DNA from: an uncultured Acidobacteriota bacterium
Lineage (GTDB): Bacteria > Acidobacteriota > JAQAZP01
Assembly (NCBI GenBank): GCA_963836075.1
Contig: CAWIIB010000001.1
Coordinates: 928,001-992,000 of the forward strand
Length of the DNA: 64,000 bases
Direction: 5' to 3'
The number at the start of each line of letters is the position of its first letter. Position 1 is the stretch's first letter. The notes beneath the pieces were generated by a model. The model was not told the DNA's origin, ran no database searches, and saw only the letters and a list, made by a program, of their open reading frames with translations. Shown here piece after piece: positions 21,773 to 32,778 of the stretch. Both the position numbers and the translations under genes were made by a program.

Positions 21773-24700
21773 ATGAGAGGTGAGGACCGGCCCGTTGGGC
21801 CCTGCCGCCTGATCCTGTTCACCATCCTGCTCTCCCTGACCGCCATCGCCGGCTCCGCCGGCGAGCTGGTACTGGAATACGATTTTGCCAAGCCCCTGCT
21901 GACCCGCATCGAAGCGGGCGGCACGGTGTTTGACCGGGTGACCATCCCCGGCTGCACCAGCGGCGGTATCGCCGGTGAGCCGGCCCTGCCGGCCATGGGG
22001 GCCGAGATCCTGCTGCCCATGGGCGCCGAAGCGCTGGGTGTGGAGGTGATCCCGGGCAAGGGCATCCTGCTGGGCAGCGGGTTCCTGGTGGAACCGGTGG
22101 CACAGCCGGTGAAACTTTCCGCCGCTCCCGGATCGGCGCTTCCCCCAACCCCGGACAAGGCCATCTACCGCTCGACCCTCCCCTTCCCCGCATCCAGCGT
22201 GGAGGAGATGGGGACCCACAATTTCCGCGGCTACCCGATCCTGGTGCTGCGGCTGATGCCGGTCCAGTATCTGCCGGCCACCGGCGACCTGGTCTGGTTT
22301 CCCCAAATGAAAGTGGTGGTCCGGACGGCTGAATCCCGCTCGCTCTCGCCGCTCTTTCGTGGGCTGCCCGGGGACGAAGCTACGGTGCTGGCCCGGGTGG
22401 ACAACCCGGAAGCAGTTGCCAGTTACGCCGGCGCCGGACAACGGGACGGCCGGGCATACCAGCTGCTGATCCTGACCACCGACGGTCTCGCCTCGTCCTT
22501 CACCGCGCTGAAGAACTACCATGACGCCCGCGGCATCCCCACCGAGATCCACACCACAACACAGGTGGGCTCCAGCGACCCGGGTGACGTGCGTGACTAC
22601 ATCCGCCAGCGCTACCAGGGCGACGGCATCGAGTATGTGCTGATCGGCGGGGACGACGACCTGATCCCGGCCCGCGACCTCTACGTGGACGGCGAGTCCG
22701 CCATGCCGGGGGACATCTACTTCGCCTGTCTCGACGGCACCTGGAACGACGATGGCGACGGCCGCTACGGCGAGCCGAACGACGGTCCGGGCGGCAGCGA
22801 CGTCGACCTGGTGGCCGAGGTCTACGTGGGCCGCTGCGCGGCGGGCAACACCACCGAGGCCAACCGCTTCGTGGACAAGACCCTCTGGTATCTGAACAGC
22901 GAACACAGCCGTCCGGAGCAGGTGCTGCTGGTGGGCGAGTACCTCGGTTTCGGCGGCCCCTCCGAGTATGCCGCGGCCACCATGGAGGAACTGGTGGACA
23001 GCTGCGACACCCACGGCTACAGCACCACCGGCATCCCCAGCACCGAGTTCACCATCGGGGAAATGTTCGAGCGGGACGGCGACTGGAGCCGCTCCGACCT
23101 GGCCGCCAGCATCAATGACGGCCTGCACATCCTCAACCACCTGGGCCACGGCAGCCCGGACTACGCAATGAAGTTCTACAACGGCGACGTCCTCTCCTAC
23201 CTCGACAACGAGGACCTCTGCTTCGTCTACTCCCAGACCTGCCTGGCCGGGCACTTCGACGACTTCGACTGCTGGGCCGAGCACATGAACATCAAGACCG
23301 ACGCCGGCGCCTTTGCCGTGGTGATGAACGCCAGATACGGCTACGGCCAGTACTCCTCCACCGACGGTCCCTCCCAGCGTTTCAACCGCGAGTTCTGGGA
23401 CGCGGTGTTCGCCGAAGGGATGCCGCAGATCAGCAAGGCCAACCAGGACTCCAAGGAAGACAATATCTACCGCATCAACGAGAGCTGCATGCGCTGGTGC
23501 ACCTACGAGCTGAACCTCTTCGGCGATCCCACCGTGGCCTTCTCCGGCGCCGAGGTCACCGGCCTCAGCGTCAGCCCGCGCACCGAACTGGAATCCGAGG
23601 GGATGGCCGGCGGCCCGTTCAGTCCCGTGAGCATCACCTACACCCTGGAGAACATGAACGCCACCGGCATCGACTACACCGTCTCCCGGACCCAGCCCTG
23701 GGTCAGCCTCTCCAGCAGTTCGGGCCACCTGGCCGCCGGGGCCAGCGCCACGGTGACCGTCTCGATCAACGAGTACGCCGCCACCCTGACCAACGGCCTC
23801 TACAGCGACACGGTGAGCTTCGTCAACACCACCGACCACGATGGCGACACCACCCGCGGGGTCAACCTCCAGGTGGGGGTCCCCACCATGCAGTACAGCT
23901 GGAACCTGGACAGCGACCCCGGCTGGGAGATGGAGGGCGGTAGCAGCGGCTGGGCTTATGGCCAGCCCGCCGGCGGGGGCGGCGTGGAATACGGCAACCC
24001 CGACCCCACGTCGGGTCATACCGGCGCCAAGGTGCTGGGCTTCAACCTCGGCGGCGACTACCCGCCGGACATGGCCGAGCAGCACCTGACCTCGGGAGCC
24101 TTCGACTGCTCCGAGCTGACCCTGGTCACCGTGAAGTTCTGGCGTCACCTCAACGTGGAGACCAACAGCTACGACCACGCCTACGTGCGGGTGAGCAACG
24201 ACGGCAGCAGCTGGACCACGGTCTGGGAGAACAGCGGCGAGATCACCGACGGCGCATGGTCCCAGGTGGAACACGACATCTCCTCGGTGGCCGACGGCCA
24301 GTCCACGGTCTACCTGCGCTGGACCATGGGGACCACCGACGGCGGCTGGGAATACTCCGGCTGGAACGTGGACGACATCGAGGTCTTCGGCCTCACCGGC
24401 TCCGGTGGAACGACCACCTCCCCGGTGATCATCACCGGTCCCGGCGAGGGTCCGGACAACGTCACCGACGTCCACGGCTACCTCGTCTTCGACACCACCA
24501 CCCCGGCCACGGTGATCAACGCCTACGGTGTTGACCGCTACGGGGTCAACGTGGCGGTGGGCAACTTCGATTCCGACATGGCCCACGAGATCATCACCGG
24601 GCCGGGACCGGGGGCGGTATTCGGGCCCCAGGTGCGGCTCTTCGACTTCAACGGCACGCCGCTTCCCGGATCCAGCATCATGGCCTACGGCACCAACAAA

Positions 24701-25420
24701 TACGGGGTCAACGTGGCCGGAGGCGACATCGACGGCGACGGCTACGGCGAAGTGGTCACCGGCGCCGGCCCCGGCACGGTCTTCGGCCCCCACGTGCGGG
24801 CCTTCAACTACGACAACCGCGGCACCATGACCCCGGTCTCCGGAGTCAGCTTCTTCGCCTACGGTGTCCCCAAGTGGGGCGTCAACGTGGCCTGCGGCGA
24901 TATCGACGGTGACGGGTTCCACGAGATCATCACCGGCGCCGGGCCCGGTGCGGTATACGGGCCCCACGTCCGCGGCTGGAACGTGGACGGCGGCGCCGCC
25001 ACGGCCATGCCCGGGGTGAGCTACCTGGCCTACAACACCCCGAAATACGGGGTCAACGTGGCCTGCGGCGATATCGACGGCGACGGCTGCTGCGAGATCC
25101 TCACCGGCGCCGGACCGGGCGTGATGTTCGGACCCCACGTCCGGGCCTGGAACTGCGACGGCAGCACCGTGTCGGCCATCGGGGCGATCAACTTCTTCGC
25201 CTTTGACGGGCTGCTCTGCGGCGTGGGCGTGGGCGCCGGCGACATCGACGGCGACGGCAGGGCCGAGCTGCTGGTGGGCGCCGGTCCCGACGAGGCCGCC
25301 CCGGCCATGGTGCGGGCCTACGATTTCGACGGCGGGTCGCTGACCATGTCCCTCGACTTCCAGGCCTACCCCTCGGACACCATCACCCACGGGGTGAATG
25401 TCGCCGCCGGGCAGTTCTGA
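21773..25420 (+). CDS. Secreted C25 (gingipain-like) cysteine peptidase with propeptide, BACON-like and jelly-roll domains, and C-terminal tail A
   Basis: Signal peptide; GEPALP propeptide; YVLIGGD, EVYVGR, NHLGHG (His), YSQTC (Cys) and NLFGDP motifs; GWNVDDI jelly-roll end; six tail-A units. Confidence 0.88.
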   Translation: MRGEDRPVGPCRLILFTILLSLTAIAGSAGELVLEYDFAKPLLTRIEAGGTVFDRVTIPGCTSGGIAGEPALPAMGAEILLPMGAEALGVEVIPGKGILLGSGFLVEPVAQPVKLSAAPGSALPPTPDKAIYRSTLPFPASSVEEMGTHNFRGYPILVLRLMPVQYLPATGDLVWFPQMKVVVRTAESRSLSPLFRGLPGDEATVLARVDNPEAVASYAGAGQRDGRAYQLLILTTDGLASSFTALKNYHDARGIPTEIHTTTQVGSSDPGDVRDYIRQRYQGDGIEYVLIGGDDDLIPARDLYVDGESAMPGDIYFACLDGTWNDDGDGRYGEPNDGPGGSDVDLVAEVYVGRCAAGNTTEANRFVDKTLWYLNSEHSRPEQVLLVGEYLGFGGPSEYAAATMEELVDSCDTHGYSTTGIPSTEFTIGEMFERDGDWSRSDLAASINDGLHILNHLGHGSPDYAMKFYNGDVLSYLDNEDLCFVYSQTCLAGHFDDFDCWAEHMNIKTDAGAFAVVMNARYGYGQYSSTDGPSQRFNREFWDAVFAEGMPQISKANQDSKEDNIYRINESCMRWCTYELNLFGDPTVAFSGAEVTGLSVSPRTELESEGMAGGPFSPVSITYTLENMNATGIDYTVSRTQPWVSLSSSSGHLAAGASATVTVSINEYAATLTNGLYSDTVSFVNTTDHDGDTTRGVNLQVGVPTMQYSWNLDSDPGWEMEGGSSGWAYGQPAGGGGVEYGNPDPTSGHTGAKVLGFNLGGDYPPDMAEQHLTSGAFDCSELTLVTVKFWRHLNVETNSYDHAYVRVSNDGSSWTTVWENSGEITDGAWSQVEHDISSVADGQSTVYLRWTMGTTDGGWEYSGWNVDDIEVFGLTGSGGTTTSPVIITGPGEGPDNVTDVHGYLVFDTTTPATVINAYGVDRYGVNVAVGNFDSDMAHEIITGPGPGAVFGPQVRLFDFNGTPLPGSSIMAYGTNKYGVNVAGGDIDGDGYGEVVTGAGPGTVFGPHVRAFNYDNRGTMTPVSGVSFFAYGVPKWGVNVACGDIDGDGFHEIITGAGPGAVYGPHVRGWNVDGGAATAMPGVSYLAYNTPKYGVNVACGDIDGDGCCEILTGAGPGVMFGPHVRAWNCDGSTVSAIGAINFFAFDGLLCGVGVGAGDIDGDGRAELLVGAGPDEAAPAMVRAYDFDGGSLTMSLDFQAYPSDTITHGVNVAAGQF

Positions 25421-25452
25421 GCCGGGACATCGTCTGACAACCAGACCTCCAG

Positions 25453-25485
25453 AGGGGTTGCGGTAATAGCCGCAGCCCCTTTTTT
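25453..25485 (+). terminator. Rho-independent terminator after the C25 gene
   Basis: AGGGGTTGCGG-loop-CCGCAGCCCCT followed by a T tract. Confidence 0.8.
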
Positions 25486-25571
25486 ATTTGCCCGGTTTCA
25501 TGGACAATAGACAAAAGAGATGGACCCCGGACAGTACGTACCTCTTGTGACGATCACCCGGGAGGCCAACC

Positions 25572-28471
25572 ATGAGTTCTCATACCGCATTGATCATAGG
25601 AATCGCTCTTCTCGCCGCCCTGACGCTCACCCCGCCGGCCCTTTCCGCGACGCTGCATGTACCAGCCGAGTACCCCACCATCCAGGCCGGTATCGATGCC
25701 GCCGTGGACGGGGACACGGGTACCTGGTGGCCGACGGCACCTACACCGGGGACGGCAACCGCGACATCAATTTTCGGGGAAAGGGCATCACCGTCCGGTC
25801 GGCCAACGGGCCGGAAACCTGCATCCTGGATCTCGAAGCCAGTTATTGGGAAATGCACCGTGCATTTCTGTTCCAGGACAATGAGGACCGGACCTCCATA
25901 CTGCAGGGATTTACCATCACCAATGGGGACAACTCGTGGTTCAGTTTGCAGGGCGGAGCGATTTACTGCCTGGGGGCTTCGCCCACAATTGTCGACAATG
26001 TCATCACCGACTGCGGTGCAGGTTACGGTGGAGGGATCTATTGCGAAGGCGGTTCCCCTTCCATCATTCGCAATACCTTTTCGGACAACGTGGCATACAT
26101 CAACGAGGCCCCCGGCACGCCAGGAAAGGGGGGCGCCATCGCCCTGTTCAGTGGCGCCGAGCCGCTGATCTCCGAGAACACATTCAGCGGAAACAGGTCC
26201 AGCGAAGCCGGAGGGGCCATTTACTCCCGGGAATCATCGCCGATTATCACCGAAAACCAATTCGACGGGAACTGGACCTCGCCAGCCTTTCCCGACCTCC
26301 GCGGGGATGGAGGGACCATCTACTGCCTGAATGGGGGTCTGGTGGAGGATAACCAGATCGACAATGGCACAGCTGATGATGGTGGCGGTGTCCACGCCAG
26401 TGGCTCGGTGATCATCAGGGGCAATGTATTTGAAGACAATTCCGGCCATTGGGGCGGCGGAGCGATCCATGCGCACGGCCCGGTGCAGATCCGGGACAAT
26501 CTCATTCTCAGAAGCCGAGCCGACGATATCTTGTCCGGAGCGGGCATACATTTCACCGGCACCGGGGGGGTGGCCACGGGAAACATCATCATGGATACTC
26601 TGGGCACGGCCATATCCAACATTGGCGGCCCGGTGACCGTGGAGAACACGCTGCTGGTCAACTATGTCACTGCCTTATTTAGCCTCGATGAAATCGTCAT
26701 TCGCTCCTGCACCATCGTTGACAACCTGGATCCCTATGGGCCCACGATATTCCTTTTCGGCAACACCACAATCAGCGATTCGATCATCTGGGGCAACAGC
26801 CCGGACGGGGAGGCGATCCGGTTGCAGGACGCAGAACTCTCCATCCACCACTGCGACCTCGAAGGGGCGCAAACCTCCATTGAACTGATTAATGATGCCG
26901 CCCTCAATTGGGGCCCGGGGATGATCGACTCCGACCCACTGTTCATCGAGGGTGTCGATGGCTTCCACTACCTGTCCCAGACCGCTGCCGGTCAGGCGAT
27001 TGACAGCCCCTGCTTGGACCGGGGCAGCGCCTCGGCGGCAGACCTGGGTCTCGATCGTTCGACAACACGGACCGACCTGGTCCCCGACAGCGGAACCGTG
27101 GACATGGGCTACCACTCCCCTGCGCCGGGCAACGAACCGGACACCATGATCACCGGAGGCACATCTGGAACCACTGACTCGCCGATCGTCTGCTTCTCAT
27201 TCAGCGGGATCGACGACACCGACCCGCCTTCGTCCCTCACCTTCTCCCACCGCCTGGACAGCGGCCCCTGGTCCGACTACTCGGCGCAGACCGATGCCTG
27301 TTACGAAGACGTCGAGAACGGCAGCCACACTTTCGAGGTGCGCTCCCGGGATGCGGAAGGCAATGTCGATCCCTCCCCGGCCGTGCGGGTCTTTGCCACC
27401 ATTCCCTGGGACAAAAGCGGTTGGACCGGCCTGGTCACCGGACCGGGCCCCGGCCCGCTCAACCCTCCGCTGGTGCGAACACCACTGGCCCAGTGGGCGG
27501 CGTACGGCGTTTACCGGCATGGCGTCAATGTGGCCTGCGGAGATCTGGACGGCGACGGCACGGCGGAAGTGGTCACCGGTCCCGGCCCGGGACCGGTCTT
27601 CGGCCCCCACGTCCGCGGATGGGAACTGGATGGCACCCCGCTGGCCGGCGTGAACTATATTGCCTACGGCACGCTGAAATACGGGGTTAACGTGGCCTGC
27701 GGGGACATCGACGGCGACGGCTTTGACGAAATAGTGACCGGTGCCGGACCGGGCGCGGTCTTTGGCCCTCATGTCCGGGGGTGGAATTATGATGGCAGCG
27801 CTTCCACAACGGCCCTGCCGGAGGTCAGCTTTTTTGCCTACGGAACGCTGAAATACGGGGTCAACGTGGCCTGCGGGGACCTCGATGGCGACGGGTTCGA
27901 CGAGATCGTCAGCGGTGCCGGGCCGGGCGCGGTTTTCGGCCCCCATGTCCGGGCCTGGAACTGGGACGGGGACGGCAGCGTGATCCCAATCCAGGGTATC
28001 AGTTATTTTGCCTATGGCACCCTGAAATGGGGGGTCAACGTGGCCTGTGGAGACCTCGACGGGGACGGCATGGATGAAATCGTCACCGGGCCCGGACCGG
28101 GATCGATTTTCGGCGCCCACGTGCGGGGCTGGAACAGCGACGGTGGGCCGGCCACCCCGATACCGGGTATAAACTTTTTCGCCTACACTTCAAACCATGG
28201 CTGCGCGATGGGTGCCGGTGACATCGACGGTGATGATATCGACGAAATCCTCACCATGCCCGGGCCTGGTCCGGAAATGAACGCCCACCTACGGGCCTGG
28301 AACGCCAATGGCGGATCGGTCACCATCGTCCCGGAATACGACTTTCTCGCCTACGACGAGTGGTACACCCACGGCGGACGTGTGGCCGGCGTCGTGATGG
28401 CCATTCGCCGACGGTCTTCGGGGCCGCACCGGACACCATCCCCGGCAACGCTCCCCTCAAGGACCCGCTGA
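25572..28471 (+). CDS. Secreted beta-helix protein + Ig/Y_Y_Y-like domain + tail A; frameshift at ~25716-25724
   Basis: Signal peptide in ORF 25572 after GGAGG. GACACGGGTACCTGG equals the expected GACACGGTACTGG (DTVLV) plus two homopolymer insertions, joining ORF 25520-28471. GSHTFEVRSRD Ig motif; six tail-A units. Confidence 0.82.
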
Positions 28472-28494
28472 CCTGGCGATGTGGCCATCGAGTT

Positions 28495-30738
28495 TCAGAT
28501 GAGCCTTCCGGCGAAGCGGCCGGCACTGCGGACGAAGATGGTGGTTTTGAGGCCGCCGGCCAGTTCCTCGAGGCTGGCGGCGTATTTCTCCTCGTCACCG
28601 GCCGCCGGCTCCCGCAGGCCAAGAAAGACCACGTCGGCGGTGCGGCTGCAATCTCGAATCAGCTCGGGGATGGTCTGGTCCTGCTCGAGAAGGATCACTT
28701 CGCTCTCGGCCTGGATGCGGGTGCCGGGGATCAGCTCGGCCAGGGCGGCCAGCTGTTTCTCCCGCTCCTCCTCGCTGCGGGCGATGGAGCGCACGCAGAG
28801 CCGGGCGTCCCGCCACTGGGGATTGAGGGTCAGCAGGTAGGCCAGCAGCAGCATCAGGTCGCCGTTGTTCTGCAGCCCGCCCCACCAGAGGTCGATCCGT
28901 TTCTGCTGCCCCGGTTCGTGGGCCCAGTTGATCCGGGAAATGATCGTGCTGATCCCCAGGGCGGAGAGGGTGCGCATCATCCGCAGTTGGGACATCAACC
29001 GCTCGGGCTGCCGGGACCAGCCGAACATCACAGTATTCGAGTGCAGGCCGGCAATGCCGTTGGCCTGGGCCACGTCCACCACCCCCCGCTCGAAGTCCTT
29101 GACCACGTTCACCTCGGCAAAGGCCACCAGGCCCTCCTGATCCATGTCGCGGTCCATCTCCTGCCGCGTCTCCTCGACCAGATGTGCGTTTTCTTCCAGG
29201 CCACCGGTGACCAGGCGGCAGACGGTGACCACCCCGCGGTTCTGGTTGAACCAGCAGGCCAGGCGCACCAGGCTGATCCGCTTGTTCGGGTCGCCGGCAA
29301 AGAGCAGGATGTTGGGCCGCCAGTTGCGGGCGTCGGAACGATGATTCTTCAGCTGGAGCAGGGCGAAGCGGGCCATGGCCATCCAGACGCCGGCCCGCAC
29401 ATCCCCCCAGCGCTTGCGCATACTGCGACGGCGGAGATAGATGTAGAGCATGAACTCGAGGCTCACGGCAATGACACAGGCCAGCGGGCTGATGAGGAAC
29501 ATCACCACGATGGCGCCCAGCGACCCGAGGATCGAAACATACCAGGGAACAGCGATGGTCGGGCGGTAGGAGGGGTCGCCCACCAGCTTTTCCAGCGCCG
29601 CGCTGAGGTTGATCATCACGTAGAGGGTGAGGAAGAGGATGGTGACGAACCGGGCCACCGAGTTGAGATCGCCCAGCCCAACCGCGGCCAGGGCGATGAT
29701 CCCGCTCATCAGCGTGGCGACCAGCGGCTGACCGGTCTTTGAAAGCCGGGCAAAGACCGCAGGGGCCAGGCCGTCATTGGCCAGTGCCTGCAGCACCCGC
29801 GGCCCGCCCAGAACGCTGCCGAAAGCCGAGGAGAGGATGGCGCCCCACAGGCCGGGGAAAACCAGCCAGGCGCCGAGCACGGCCACCTTGACCCAGATCA
29901 CCCCGGGCTCGGCCAGCTCCGCCCCGCTGACCCGCGCGGTGACGGCCAGCAGGACCGGGATGCAGAGGTAGACCAGAGTTCCGGTGGCCACCGCGCCCAG
30001 GGTGCCGCGGGGGATCGACTTGCGGGGATCCTTCAGGTCGCCGCTCATGCCGATGCCGGCGGTGAACCCGGTGACCGCGGGGAAAAAGATGGCGAAGACA
30101 TACCAGAAGCCCAGCGGCGCGGTACGGTAGGTGGGGGTCCACTCGGGCGATTGCAGGCCGCCGCTGAGAGCGCCGACGACCAGGGCCACCAGCGACAGCC
30201 CCACCGCGATCATGATCGGGATCTGCAGCCGCAGGGCCAGCCCGGCGCTCTTGCCGGCGATGAGGGTGATCACCACGATGATCGCCGCGGCCAGGCCCAT
30301 CTCGGTGTAGGGGGGGATCAAGCCCCAGGCGGCGGGCCAAAACGCCAGCAGCGATTCGGAAAGGCCGTAGCTGTAGAAGGTGATGCTCAGCGTGCGGCAG
30401 AGAAAGAGCGGGATGCCGATGGCCCCGCCCAGCTCCAGCCCCAGGCTGCGGGAGATCATGAAATACTCTCCGCCCACCCCCACCTGCATGTTGGTGGAGA
30501 CGGCCGAAGCGCTGAGAGCGGTGATAAAGGTGATGGTGCTGGCCAGCAGGACGATGAGGATGGTGATGCCCAGGCCCACATTGCCCACCACCCAGCCAAA
30601 GCGCAGATACATGATCAGGCCGAGGATGGTCAGGACACTGGGGGTGTAGACACCGAGGAAGGTGCCGAACTTCTCGCTGGAGGGAGCAGCGGCGTCGGCC
30701 GTGCCGGTGTGGCTCTCGCTTGAGTTGGTATCGGTCAT
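28495..30738 (-). CDS. SLC12-like cation-chloride cotransporter (APC superfamily)
   Basis: FGTFLGVYTPSVLTILGLIMYLRFGWVVG, FFPAVTG, NWRPNIL and IDLWWGG motifs; large cytoplasmic C-terminal domain. Confidence 0.85.
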   Translation of the reverse strand: MTDTNSSESHTGTADAAAPSSEKFGTFLGVYTPSVLTILGLIMYLRFGWVVGNVGLGITILIVLLASTITFITALSASAVSTNMQVGVGGEYFMISRSLGLELGGAIGIPLFLCRTLSITFYSYGLSESLLAFWPAAWGLIPPYTEMGLAAAIIVVITLIAGKSAGLALRLQIPIMIAVGLSLVALVVGALSGGLQSPEWTPTYRTAPLGFWYVFAIFFPAVTGFTAGIGMSGDLKDPRKSIPRGTLGAVATGTLVYLCIPVLLAVTARVSGAELAEPGVIWVKVAVLGAWLVFPGLWGAILSSAFGSVLGGPRVLQALANDGLAPAVFARLSKTGQPLVATLMSGIIALAAVGLGDLNSVARFVTILFLTLYVMINLSAALEKLVGDPSYRPTIAVPWYVSILGSLGAIVVMFLISPLACVIAVSLEFMLYIYLRRRSMRKRWGDVRAGVWMAMARFALLQLKNHRSDARNWRPNILLFAGDPNKRISLVRLACWFNQNRGVVTVCRLVTGGLEENAHLVEETRQEMDRDMDQEGLVAFAEVNVVKDFERGVVDVAQANGIAGLHSNTVMFGWSRQPERLMSQLRMMRTLSALGISTIISRINWAHEPGQQKRIDLWWGGLQNNGDLMLLLAYLLTLNPQWRDARLCVRSIARSEEEREKQLAALAELIPGTRIQAESEVILLEQDQTIPELIRDCSRTADVVFLGLREPAAGDEEKYAASLEELAGGLKTTIFVRSAGRFAGRLI

Positions 30739-30798
30739 GAATGTATCAGCGATCCTGCCATGGCCCGCATCTGGTTACCATACAGCTTCAGTGTGAAA

Positions 30799-30827
30799 AG
30801 CATAGTTCTCTCGAGCAGGCGCGTCAA
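30799..30827 (-). promoter_or_regulatory. Putative sigma70 promoter of the SLC12-like gene
   Basis: TTGACG-17 bp-TATGCT on the minus strand. Confidence 0.5.
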
Positions 30828-30900
30828 GGAGCCGCTGTTGTCCATCAAGAATAAATGACATACTGTGGGCAGCTGTACACTCAACAAAGGGAGCAGAACA

Positions 30901-32778
30901 TTGCCGATTCGATCGACACGGCTGTTTTTCAAAGCCGCCCACGACTTCACCCGCACATGGCCGCGTCTGCTGGCCGTCGATATGGTTTACAAGATCATCG
31001 CCTTCGTGGTGCTGGCGCCGCTGGCGGGCTTGACCCTCAAACTGTTCATGATGACCAGGGACAGCTCGGTTCTCGCCGACATGGACATTCTCTATTTCGT
31101 CCTCAGCCCGGCGGGCCTGGCGGCGCTGGTGGTGCTCGGGTCGCTGGGCCTGGCCATCCTGGCCCTCGAGCAGGCCTGCCTGATGGCCATAGGTTTCGGA
31201 GAATCCCGGAACCTGCGGCTCTCCACCACCGAAGCCCTGTGGTACGGAGCCCGGCACGCCTGGCCCACGGTGATGATGGCGCTGCGCATCTTTCTCCGCA
31301 CCCTGCTCATCGCCCTGCCCTTCCTCGCCGCGGGCGGCCTGGTCTACCTGCTGCTCCTCCGGCAGTACGACATCAACTACTACCTGGCCCAGCGCCCACC
31401 GGCCTTCTTCTTCGCCGCCGGCGCCATTGCCATCCTGCTGGCCGTGATGGCCGTGCTGGTCATCCGACGACTGCTGGGCTGGGCCTTTGCACTGCCGCTG
31501 CTGCTCTTCGAGGGTTTCGGTGCGGCGCAGGCATTGACCACCAGTGCCCAGCGGACGGCGGGACACAAACGGGTGGTGGGGATAACCCTTATGGCCTGGG
31601 GCGCCGCGGCGGCCCTGCTGTCGTCGCTGCCGCTGGCCGTGGTGGGTATGGTGAGCCACTGGCTGGTTCCACGGTTTTCAGACTCCATGGCCCTGGTCGT
31701 GATCGTCGTGGGCGGGTTCCTGCTGCTCTGGGGGCTGCTCAATCTGCTGGTGACGCTGGTCAATGCGGTACTGTTCGCGCTGCTCATCGTTCGTCTGTAC
31801 GACACGCTGGGCAGCACGCCCGAAGCGCGGTTGTCCGGCATGACCTTCTCCGAAAAATCGGCCCTGGGCAAGACGTGGCGGATAACCCCGAAAATGGCGA
31901 GCAGCGCTCTGGTGCTGACCACGGTCCTGGCGGCGCTGGCCGGCTACGTCCTGCTGGAGAGTGTGAGATTTGACGATGATGTCATCGTCATCGCCCACCG
32001 CGGTGCAGCCGGAAGCGCCCCGGGAAACACTCTTGCCTCGGTGGCGCTGGCCGTGGAGCAGGGAGCGGACATGGTGGAGATCGATGTCCAGGAGAGCGCC
32101 GACGGTGAGATCGTGGTGATCCACGACAGCGACCTGATGCGGGTGGGCGGCTCCCCTCTCAAAATCTGGGAGGCCGACTATGCCGAACTCCAGCAGGTGG
32201 ACGTGGGCAGCTGGTACGGACCCCAGTTCCGCGGCCAGCGCCTGCCCACTTTGGAACAGGTGCTGGAGATCTGCAAGGGCCGGTCAATGGTCGACATCGA
32301 ACTTAAATATTACGGTCACAACGAGCGCCTGGAAGAGCGGGTTGCCGATATCGTCGAAAGAACGGGAATGGAGGACCAGATCGTTCTGATGTCGCTGGTC
32401 AACGATATTGTCGTTTCAATGAAGGCGCTTCGCCCAGCCTGGACGGTGGGACTGCTCACCGCCACGGCCGTGGGCGACCTGACCCGCAGCGACGCGGACT
32501 TCCTCGCTGTTCACGTGGGAATCGCCAGTTCGCGCTTCGTGCGCCGCGCCCACGCCGCCGGCAAGGAGGTCTATGTCTGGACCGTCAACGACAAACTCAA
32601 CATGTCACGGATGATGAGCCGGGGCGTGGACGGCGTGATCACCGACCACCCGGCCCTGGCCCGGCAGGTGATCGAGGAACGCGCCGAAATGAACCCGGCC
32701 GAGCGGCTGATGCTCACCGCCGCGTTCTGGCTGGGCCTCGACCCGAAGGAGCCGCCCCCCGAGAGGGACGCGGGCTAA
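30901..32778 (+). CDS. Glycerophosphodiester phosphodiesterase with N-terminal membrane domain
   Basis: Several N-terminal TM segments, then IAHRG, EIDVQ..DG..V..HD, IELK, VWTVN and GVDGVITD motifs; TTG start inferred from a GGGAG RBS. Confidence 0.88.
   Translation: MPIRSTRLFFKAAHDFTRTWPRLLAVDMVYKIIAFVVLAPLAGLTLKLFMMTRDSSVLADMDILYFVLSPAGLAALVVLGSLGLAILALEQACLMAIGFGESRNLRLSTTEALWYGARHAWPTVMMALRIFLRTLLIALPFLAAGGLVYLLLLRQYDINYYLAQRPPAFFFAAGAIAILLAVMAVLVIRRLLGWAFALPLLLFEGFGAAQALTTSAQRTAGHKRVVGITLMAWGAAAALLSSLPLAVVGMVSHWLVPRFSDSMALVVIVVGGFLLLWGLLNLLVTLVNAVLFALLIVRLYDTLGSTPEARLSGMTFSEKSALGKTWRITPKMASSALVLTTVLAALAGYVLLESVRFDDDVIVIAHRGAAGSAPGNTLASVALAVEQGADMVEIDVQESADGEIVVIHDSDLMRVGGSPLKIWEADYAELQQVDVGSWYGPQFRGQRLPTLEQVLEICKGRSMVDIELKYYGHNERLEERVADIVERTGMEDQIVLMSLVNDIVVSMKALRPAWTVGLLTATAVGDLTRSDADFLAVHVGIASSRFVRRAHAAGKEVYVWTVNDKLNMSRMMSRGVDGVITDHPALARQVIEERAEMNPAERLMLTAAFWLGLDPKEPPPERDAG

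Noticed and set aside
21695-25390. 1231-aa antisense ORF over the C25 gene, and similar long shadow ORFs (3310-5496, 28360-29742, 42994-44922)
   Set aside because: Opposite-strand shadows of high-GC3 genes with no recognisable motifs; the sense genes have clear family signatures.
14440-25420. Terminal Phe (GWF, GQF) as an autotransporter or Bam beta-signal
   Set aside because: Only two of five tail-A proteins end in Phe, and there is no amphipathic barrel pattern.
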